Assembly (NCBI GenBank): GCA_963782585.1
Contig: CAWAKL010000009.1
Span: forward strand, 9,533 to 73,532
Source: an uncultured Acidobacteriota bacterium
GTDB taxonomy: Bacteria; Acidobacteriota; Thermoanaerobaculia; UBA5066; Gp7-AA6
Length of the DNA: 64,000 bases
Reading direction: 5' to 3'
Positions 56,176-64,000 of this stretch are shown here, piece after piece (the stretch's first letter is position 1; every line of letters begins with the position of its first letter). The position numbers and the translations under genes were made by a program. The notes under the pieces are model-generated. The model saw only the letters and a list, made by a program, of their open reading frames with translations. It did no database searches and was not told the DNA's origin.

Positions 56176-58875
56176 TTGACGATCTCCGCGGGATCGCGGA
56201 TCGGCCGCTACGCCGTGCTGCGCGCGCTCGGCGCTGGCGGCATGGGAGAAATCTGGCTGGCGCGCGACGAGACCCTGGGACGGAACGTCGCGGTCAAGGT
56301 CCTTCCCGGGGAGTTCGAACGAGACCCGGAACGGCTCGCGCGCTGGGAGCGGGAGGCGAGAATCCTCGCGTCTCTCAATCACCCGAACATCGCGACCGTC
56401 TATGGAATCGAGCCGGCCGGGGGCTCGCACGTGCTCGCCCTCGAGCTCGTCGAGGGCCAGACGCTCGCCGAGAGGATCGCCGAGGGCCCGATGCCGGGGC
56501 GCGAGGCGCTCCCGGTCTTCCGGCAGATCGCGGCGGCGCTCGAAGCGGCGCACGAGGCGGGGATCGTTCACCGCGACCTGAAGCCCTCCAACGTCATGAT
56601 CACGCCCGCGGGGCGCGTCAAGGTCCTCGACTTCGGTCTCGCGAAGCCGATCGCCGGCGCGGCGGACGCCGCGAGCGATCAGACGCCGACGCTGACCGAA
56701 CGGGGAACCGAAGCCGGCGTCATCCTCGGGACGGCGGCCTATATGAGCCCGGAACAGGCGCGCGGCCGCGTGGTCGACCGGCGAACCGACATCTGGGCCT
56801 TCGGCTGCACGCTCTTCGAAGCGCTCTCAGGCAGAGCGCCATTTGCCGGAGCGACGCCGTCCGACACCCTCGCCCGTATTCTCGAGCGTGAGCCCGACGG
56901 GGCGTCGCTTCCCGCGGCGACTCCGCCCCTCGTGCGGCAGCTCCTGCGCCGGTGTCTCCAGAAGGACGCTGCCGAGCGCCTCCGGGATATGGGTGACGCG
57001 CGACTCCTGGTCGAGGAAGCGATCGCGGAGGCGAGCTCGCCGCAGGGCGAACCGGCCCCGCCGCCGAAGCCCGCGAAGCGCTTCGCGTCGCGCGCCGCGC
57101 TCTGGACCGTGGCCGGCGTCGCCCTCGGTCTCGCCGCTTCGTTTCTCTGGCGCTCGAGAGTCCCCGGGACCGTCGGGCCGGCCGTCCGCCCGGCGTCCGC
57201 CCAAGCGCCGCTCGTTTCCTTTGCGGTCGCGACTCCGCCGGGCCTGGGCCTGGCTGTCTACAACAGCGCGTCCCTGGCCTTTTCGCGCGACGGCAAGAGG
57301 CTCGCGATGGCCCTGCAGGGCCGCGAGGGCAGCGGCCTCTACGTCCGGCGCCTCGAGGCTCTCGGAGCGACGATGGTGCCGGGAACCGATCGGGCGGTCA
57401 GTCCCTTCTTCTACCCCGGCGACGATTGGGTCGGTTTCGAGTCCGGGGGCCGACTCCAGCGCGTCGCCGTGTCCGGGGGAGCGCCGCAGTCGCTGTGCGA
57501 GCTCCCGTATTCCGGCGGGGCGACGGCGACGGGATCCGGTGCCGCCGTCGTGGTCGTGCCGTCCTGGACGGGTGGTCTTTACGAGCTCGCCGGGCCCGGA
57601 GCGTTGCCCCGCCTCCTCGCCGCGCCCCGGAAGGCGAAGGGCGAAGGTGCCTATCTCTGGCCGGCGGCGCTGCCCGAGGGCCGAGGCGTCCTCTTCGCGA
57701 TCTGGAAGGGGGGCCGGAGCCACGACGAGGACTCGATCGCGGTCCTCGCCCGCGGCGAGTCCGAGCCCCGCATCGTGCTCGAAGGCGGCTACATGCCGCG
57801 CTACGCGCGAGGGAATCTTTTCTTCGTGCGCGGCGGCGAGATCCTCGCGGCCCCGTTCGACCTCGAGCGGCTCTCGTCGACGGGGCGAGCGGTTCCCGTC
57901 GCTTCCGGCGTGCTCGCAGACCCGGGGAGCGGGGCCGCACAGTACGACGTGTCGCCCGAAGGAACGCTCGCCTACGTGCCCGGTGGTGTGCGGGCCCCGG
58001 CGCGCCGGGTCGTCTTCGTGGACCGCACCGGCACGACACGGGTCGTCACTCAAACCGCCAATGCGTACATCGCCCCGCGCTTGTCTCCCGACGGCCGGCG
58101 TCTCGCCCTGTGGACCGAAGAGTCCGAAACCCACGCGTTCACGTATGACCTCGCCCGCGGCACGTTCTCGCGCGTCGGCTCGAGCGCCGACGACCACTCG
58201 CCGATGTGGTCGCCCGACGGAAAGCGTCTCGCCTACGAGTCGGGCCGCGAAGGCATCCACCAGGTCTTCGTCTCCGAGGAAGGCGGGACCGAGCGGCGCG
58301 TGACCTCCGGCGACCACCACCACTATCTCGGAGATTGGTCGCCCGATGGCCGCTGGCTCGTGTACACCGAGTTTCACCCGGAGACGGGCTCGGACCTCTG
58401 GGCCGTGGACCCGTCGGCTACGTCACCGCCGCAACCGGTCGTCCGCACCCGCTCCGCCGAACGCGAACCCGCTGTCTCGCGCGACGGCCGGTGGGTCGCT
58501 TATGCATCGGACGAATCCGGTCGATTCGAGATCTATGCTCAGCCCTTCCCCGGCCCGGGCGAGAGAACACAGATCTCGTCCGAGGGCGGCGAGGAGCCCG
58601 CCTGGTCCCGCGACGGCCACGAGCTCTTCTACCGCGCCGGCAACCGGATGATGGCGGTTCCCGCGCGCACGGATCCCACCCTGGAAGTCGGCCGCCCGGC
58701 CGTGATCTTCACCGGGTCGTACCACGACAACCTCTCCCCGGCGCGCACTTACGACGTCGCCCCGGATGGGAGCTTCGTGATGGTGACGGAGCCGACGGGC
58801 GAGGAGCTTCCGCAGGAGATTCGCGTCGTGCTCGGACTGCCCGACGACCTCGCGCGTCGGGCGCCGGCCCCCTAG
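56176..58875 (+). CDS. Ser/Thr protein kinase - TM - PD40/TolB-like beta-propeller protein (intact)
   Basis: 899 aa with a TTG start. GAGGMGEIWLARD, HRDLKPSNVM, DFGLAK, GTAAYMSPEQ. TM segment ALWTVAGVALGLAASFLW. Repeated PDG(K/R)...A(Y/F) propeller motifs. Confidence 0.9.
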   Translation: MTISAGSRIGRYAVLRALGAGGMGEIWLARDETLGRNVAVKVLPGEFERDPERLARWEREARILASLNHPNIATVYGIEPAGGSHVLALELVEGQTLAERIAEGPMPGREALPVFRQIAAALEAAHEAGIVHRDLKPSNVMITPAGRVKVLDFGLAKPIAGAADAASDQTPTLTERGTEAGVILGTAAYMSPEQARGRVVDRRTDIWAFGCTLFEALSGRAPFAGATPSDTLARILEREPDGASLPAATPPLVRQLLRRCLQKDAAERLRDMGDARLLVEEAIAEASSPQGEPAPPPKPAKRFASRAALWTVAGVALGLAASFLWRSRVPGTVGPAVRPASAQAPLVSFAVATPPGLGLAVYNSASLAFSRDGKRLAMALQGREGSGLYVRRLEALGATMVPGTDRAVSPFFYPGDDWVGFESGGRLQRVAVSGGAPQSLCELPYSGGATATGSGAAVVVVPSWTGGLYELAGPGALPRLLAAPRKAKGEGAYLWPAALPEGRGVLFAIWKGGRSHDEDSIAVLARGESEPRIVLEGGYMPRYARGNLFFVRGGEILAAPFDLERLSSTGRAVPVASGVLADPGSGAAQYDVSPEGTLAYVPGGVRAPARRVVFVDRTGTTRVVTQTANAYIAPRLSPDGRRLALWTEESETHAFTYDLARGTFSRVGSSADDHSPMWSPDGKRLAYESGREGIHQVFVSEEGGTERRVTSGDHHHYLGDWSPDGRWLVYTEFHPETGSDLWAVDPSATSPPQPVVRTRSAEREPAVSRDGRWVAYASDESGRFEIYAQPFPGPGERTQISSEGGEEPAWSRDGHELFYRAGNRMMAVPARTDPTLEVGRPAVIFTGSYHDNLSPARTYDVAPDGSFVMVTEPTGEELPQEIRVVLGLPDDLARRAPAP

Positions 58876-58899
58876 ACCCGTTTCACTCGCCGAAGCCGC

Positions 58900-59376
58900 T
58901 CAGCGGGCGATGACGTCCCGGATGTCGTCGGCTCCGAGTCCCGAGATGTTGCCGTCCCCGAACGGAGCGTCGAGACAACCCTCGAAGCGCGCGAGCTGCT
59001 CCGGCGTCAGAACCGCCGCGAGCTGAGTCTTCAGGGCCTCCCGGCCGTCCCGGACGGCCTGGAGGGCTTCTTCGACGTCCAGCGCCGCTTCGCCGACGGT
59101 GCAGGCGTCGGCCGGTTCGGCCTGAAGCGCCGCGCGCAGGGCCTCACCGGTCGTGCCGACAGCGGCCACGCGAGCGCGCAAATCGGGCCAGGCGGCCTGG
59201 AGGATCCCGTGGACCTGGGTCCGCTGCTCGGCCGTCAGGTCGATGACCAGAAGGCAAAGCGGGAAGCGCTGCTGGGAGGGCCGGCGGCGGACCGGCGCAT
59301 CCTGCGCCAGGGTCGACGCGGCGAGGCCGGCGATCAGGAGGGCCGCGGGAATCAGTCGGAACATGCGCGGTTTCAA
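58900..59376 (-). CDS. Periplasmic Spy/CpxP-like LTXXQ-motif protein
   Basis: 158 aa. Signal peptide, then LTAEQRTQVHGIL and LTPEQLARF motifs. Confidence 0.65.
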   Translation of the reverse strand: MKPRMFRLIPAALLIAGLAASTLAQDAPVRRRPSQQRFPLCLLVIDLTAEQRTQVHGILQAAWPDLRARVAAVGTTGEALRAALQAEPADACTVGEAALDVEEALQAVRDGREALKTQLAAVLTPEQLARFEGCLDAPFGDGNISGLGADDIRDVIAR

Positions 59377-59536
59377 GGAGAACCCCTTTCCGGCCGCGAG
59401 CTTTCAACTTGCGGTCCGAGCAAGCAGACGAGAAAAGCGATCCGAGGATTACCCGCAACGGCCGCGAATCTAGCCCTATTCCCCGAGCGCTGTGGGGCCG
59501 AAGGGGGTGCGGATCTTGCACTTAGGCCCCATTGAC

Positions 59537-60649
59537 ATGGAAGCGAAGCGCGAGGCGACGACCCCTCCGACTGCGGAGCGTTGCGGGCCCGACCCCGCCT
59601 GCGTCGAGCCGGACAAGATCCCGCCGAGCGAGATCCGCGAGCAGCCCGCCGTGCAGGAGGCGCTCGAAAAGGCGGCACGTCCGGCCGAAGTCGAGAAGAA
59701 GAAACGCCGCCAACCGCAGGCCTGGGGTCTCGGCCTTGCGGCGATCCTTCTCGGGGCGGCCTTTCTGCTGATCGACCTGGAGATGGTGCTGCCGGGTCTT
59801 CGCGGAACGGGCTGGCAGCAGGCGCTTCTGGCCGCTCTGATCGTCGTCGGGCTTCTCGCAGTTCTCACGATCGCCAAGGCCCTCATCCTGCCCCGCGTGA
59901 AGAGCCGCGCCACGGCCTACAACGTCCGCCGCGTGCTCAATCTGCTGGTCTTCCTGCTGATGGTCTTCCTGACGATCTCGGTGTTCTTCGTCGGCTGGTA
60001 CGGCGCCGCCGTTTCGCTCGGGCTCTTGTCCCTGCTCCTCGGCTTCGCGCTCCAGGCGCCGATCACGAGCTTCTTCGCGTGGATCTACATCCTCGCGCGC
60101 GCGCCGTACCGGGTCGGCGATCGGATCCGCATCGGCGATTCGACAGGCGACGTCATCGATGTCGGCTACCTCGATACGACGCTCTGGGAGTTCGGCGGCG
60201 AGCTGCTCTCGACCGACCATCCGAGCGGTCGCATCATCCGATTCCCGAACTCCGCCGTCTTCACGTCCTCGGTTTTCAACTACTCCTGGCCGCTCTTTCC
60301 CTACATCTGGAACGAGGTCACCGTCCAGGTGGCCTACCAGAGTGACCTCGAGTTCGTGGCCTCGGTCATGACCGAGGCCGTCGAGGAGGAGCTGGGCCCT
60401 CGCATGGAGGCGCGCATCCGCGTCTATCGCGGCCTGCTCGCGGAAACGCCGGTGGACCATCTCGACGTCGCCGAGCGGCCGACCGTGATCTTCCGGGTCA
60501 ATCCCATCACCTGGGTCGACGCGACCGTGCGGTACCTCGTCGCTCCGCGCAACGCCGGGCGGCGCAAGACCGTGCTGACGAAGCGGATCATCGAGCGACT
60601 CAACGCGGCGCCGGACCGGGTCATGTTTCCCGCCGCGAACACGCGCTAG
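59537..60649 (+). CDS. MscS-family mechanosensitive channel (start uncertain; the track ORF begins at 59492)
   Basis: TM helices, then the beta-domain motif PYRVGDRIRIGDSTGDVIDVGYLDTTLWEFGG...IRFPNSAVF. Confidence 0.85.
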   Translation: MEAKREATTPPTAERCGPDPACVEPDKIPPSEIREQPAVQEALEKAARPAEVEKKKRRQPQAWGLGLAAILLGAAFLLIDLEMVLPGLRGTGWQQALLAALIVVGLLAVLTIAKALILPRVKSRATAYNVRRVLNLLVFLLMVFLTISVFFVGWYGAAVSLGLLSLLLGFALQAPITSFFAWIYILARAPYRVGDRIRIGDSTGDVIDVGYLDTTLWEFGGELLSTDHPSGRIIRFPNSAVFTSSVFNYSWPLFPYIWNEVTVQVAYQSDLEFVASVMTEAVEEELGPRMEARIRVYRGLLAETPVDHLDVAERPTVIFRVNPITWVDATVRYLVAPRNAGRRKTVLTKRIIERLNAAPDRVMFPAANTR

Positions 60650-60656
60650 GTTCGGG

Positions 60657-61418
60657 TCACTCCCCCAGAACCGCCATCCGCTCCCGCGGCTTGTCGAGGC
60701 CGAATCCGCGGATCGCGTGCTTTTCGATGTGCTCCATGGCCTCGTCGACCGAGTCGGTCACGAGCAGGAGGTCGAGGTCCGTGTTGGAGATCGTCCCGGC
60801 TGCGACCATCTTCGCCAGCAGTCCCATGATCGGCCGGTAGTACTCCGTGGACATGAGAACGACCGGGAAGTTCTCGATCTTCTGCGTCTGGATGAGCGTC
60901 AGCGCCTCGAAGAGCTCGTCCATGGTCCCGAGGCCTCCGGGCATGACGACGAAGGCGTAGGAGTACTTGACGAGCATCACCTTGCGCACGAAGAAGTGAT
61001 CGAAGGTCACGGAACGGTCGACCCAGGGATTGACCTTCTGTTCCTCGGGCAGAACGATGTTGAGGCCTACGGTGAAACCGCCGGCCTCCTTGGCTCCGCG
61101 CAACGCGGCTTCCATGACGCCGGGGCCGCCGCCCGTCATGACCGTGAATCCCAGGTTCGCGAGGGCGGCGCCGACCTTTCGGGTCAGCTCGTAGTAGGGA
61201 TTGCCCTCGGTGAAGCGGGCCGAGCCGAAGACCGTGACGCAGGGTCCGACGAAGTGCAGCGTCCGGAAGCCGCGGAAAAACTCCTGCATGATTTCGAAGA
61301 CGGAGACGAGCTCTTTCCACCGCGACCGCGGCCCTTCGAGGAAGAGCCGCTCGTTGGGAACCGGGTCGGCCTCGACGGTACGCGGTCCGTCGGGTTGCGG
61401 GTCCTCCTCTTCGGCCAC
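60657..61418 (-). CDS. LOG-family (TIGR00730) nucleotide phosphoribohydrolase
   Basis: 253 aa. VTVFGSARF, MTGGGPGVMEA, VVMPGGLGTMDELFEALTLIQT (PGGxGTxxE). Confidence 0.9.
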   Translation of the reverse strand: MAEEEDPQPDGPRTVEADPVPNERLFLEGPRSRWKELVSVFEIMQEFFRGFRTLHFVGPCVTVFGSARFTEGNPYYELTRKVGAALANLGFTVMTGGGPGVMEAALRGAKEAGGFTVGLNIVLPEEQKVNPWVDRSVTFDHFFVRKVMLVKYSYAFVVMPGGLGTMDELFEALTLIQTQKIENFPVVLMSTEYYRPIMGLLAKMVAAGTISNTDLDLLLVTDSVDEAMEHIEKHAIRGFGLDKPRERMAVLGE

Positions 61419-61455
61419 CTCCGGATCTTAGCCGGACCCGGCGGCGGCGGGCGGC

Positions 61456-61635
61456 TTAGACGGTCCGGTCGGAACGCGGCAGCGTGCGGCGACGCAGCAG
61501 AAGCGCGCCCAGCGCCAGAAGGAGCAGTCCCGCCGGAACGAGCCCGCCCTCTTCGGACGGCACCCGGCGTGAGATGACGAAGCAGAGAAGCGTCGCGATC
61601 AGCAGGGCAGCCGGCCAGACGATGCGGCGGATCAT
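61456..61635 (-). CDS. Small two-TM membrane protein downstream of atpC
   Basis: ATG at 61635 is preceded by GGAG. MIRRIVWPAALLIATLLCFVISRRVPSEEGGLVPAGLLLLALGALLLRRR. Weak call. Confidence 0.4.
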   Translation of the reverse strand: MIRRIVWPAALLIATLLCFVISRRVPSEEGGLVPAGLLLLALGALLLRRRTLPRSDRTV

Positions 61636-61705
61636 GGGCGGAGGCTCCTCCTGCTCCGTCTCTCGACGAATCGGAGCGGGAGGGGCCACGCCGGGACGTG
61701 AAAGG

Positions 61706-62104
61706 CTACGAGGGCCGGCGGGCGGCCGTCAGGCGGGCGTCTGCGAGGTCGATGCGGGCTCGGATGGGCTCGAGGGTGTCGACGCCGGCCGTCTTCAGCT
61801 CGTCCTCGGCTTTCGCCTTTTCGCGCTCGGCCGCGCCGGCGTCGATCTCCGAGCCGGCCTCCGCGGAGTCGACGAGGACCGAGACCTTGTCCAACAGGAT
61901 CTCGGCGAAGCCCGAGGACACGGCGAAGGCCTGTGAGCGGCCGCCACGCTTGAAGGAAAGAACGCCGGGCTTGAGCAGCGTGATGAGCGCCGTGTGCCCG
62001 GGCAGGATGCCGAGGTAGCCCTCGGAGCCGGGCAGCTCGACCTCGTCCGCCTCGGTCTCGACGGCCTTTTTCTCCGGGGTGACGACGAGAAGCTGCAGAG
62101 CCAT
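61706..62104 (-). CDS. atpC: F1 ATP synthase epsilon subunit
   Basis: 132 aa. LQLLVVTPEKKAVETEADEVELPGSEGYLGILPGHTALITLLKPGVL. Sits directly downstream of atpD. Confidence 0.92.
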   Translation of the reverse strand: MALQLLVVTPEKKAVETEADEVELPGSEGYLGILPGHTALITLLKPGVLSFKRGGRSQAFAVSSGFAEILLDKVSVLVDSAEAGSEIDAGAAEREKAKAEDELKTAGVDTLEPIRARIDLADARLTAARRPS

Positions 62105-62110
62105 GCGCGC

Positions 62111-63580
<1,470 letters not shown>

Positions 63581-63595
63581 TTACTCCAGCTCGGT

Positions 63596-64000
63596 CTACT
63601 CGAGAGCGGCTGCGCCCGAGACGATTTCGATCAGTTCCTTCGTGATGCGCGCCTGCCGGGCGCGGTTGTAGGTCAGCGTGAGCTTGTCGATGATCTCGCC
63701 CGCGTTCTTCGAGGCGGAGTCCATGGCCGTCATGCGGGCGCCCATCTCCGCCGCGGCCGACTCGGCGAGGGCGCGGTAGATCGTGAACTCGAGGTAGCGC
63801 GGCAGCAGCCACGCCAGGATCGACTTCGCGTCGGGCTCGTAGAGGTAGTCGACGGGCGTGGCCTTCTCCTCGGCCTTGTTCGCGACCGGCTCTTCCGGGG
63901 GCGAGAGCGGGAGGAGCTTTACGGTCTGGACGACCTGCGAGAGGATCGAGCGGAACTCGTTGACGACGATGTAGGCGGCGTCGATGCGCTCCTCGAGAAA
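63596..64000 (-). CDS. atpG: F1 ATP synthase gamma subunit, C-terminal 134 codons; gene continues past the right edge
   Basis: My own translation gives ...YEPDAKSILAWLLPRYLEFTIYRALAESAAAEMGARMTAMDSASKNAGEIIDKLTLTYNRARQARITKELIEIVSGAAALE*, with the stop (TAG) at 63598-63596. Confidence 0.9.
   Translation of the reverse strand, partial: FLEERIDAAYIVVNEFRSILSQVVQTVKLLPLSPPEEPVANKAEEKATPVDYLYEPDAKSILAWLLPRYLEFTIYRALAESAAAEMGARMTAMDSASKNAGEIIDKLTLTYNRARQARITKELIEIVSGAAALE

Overview
Very GC-rich bacterial chromosomal segment (judged by eye, not computed). Gene content points to an Acidobacteriota-like organism (inference): a CarboxypepD_reg-type TonB receptor, two Ser/Thr-kinase/PD40-propeller proteins and many secreted hydrolases. 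I support about 46 protein-coding genes. I found no rRNA, tRNA, CRISPR array, transposase or integrase. Most long Arg/Pro/Gly-rich ORFs in the supplied track are shadow ORFs typical of high-GC DNA. Layout: left edge to 9.5 kb holds a GH144-like fragment, a GT-C-like membrane protein, a tail-fibre/S74 surface protein, a patatin-like lipase, a small NTase-fold pair, a MASE1-PAS-GGDEF-EAL protein and a DoxX-like protein. 11-24 kb is one long minus-strand run: TonB receptor, phosphatase-superfamily/TPR protein, D-aminoacylase, SGDH/PKD protein, HlyD adaptor, FtsX-type permease, TolC. 24-35 kb holds cyanophycinase, a cupredoxin fusion, an aminotransferase, a decayed kinase, a metalloprotease, a deiodinase-like gene and a formamidase. 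35-43 kb holds three secreted proteins that each end in three Cys-rich SLH-like modules. 43-54.5 kb is an envelope-glycan cluster led by a CsaB-GT2-GT1 fusion plus several polytopic GT-C/YfhO-like proteins. 54.5-64 kb holds a second D-aminoacylase, an intact kinase-PD40, an LTXXQ protein, MscS, LOG and atpG-atpD-atpC. Main second-look items: (1) a deiodinase-like thioredoxin-fold gene with an in-frame UGA exactly at the catalytic position, followed by a SECIS-like hairpin, so a probable selenoprotein that the ORF track splits in two. (2) Variant triple-SLH modules on secreted proteases next to a CsaB pyruvyltransferase fusion, suggesting a surface-anchoring system. (3) About 11 apparent single-base frameshifts in 8 otherwise recognisable genes, meaning either assembly indel errors or real gene decay. 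This affects every gene call here.
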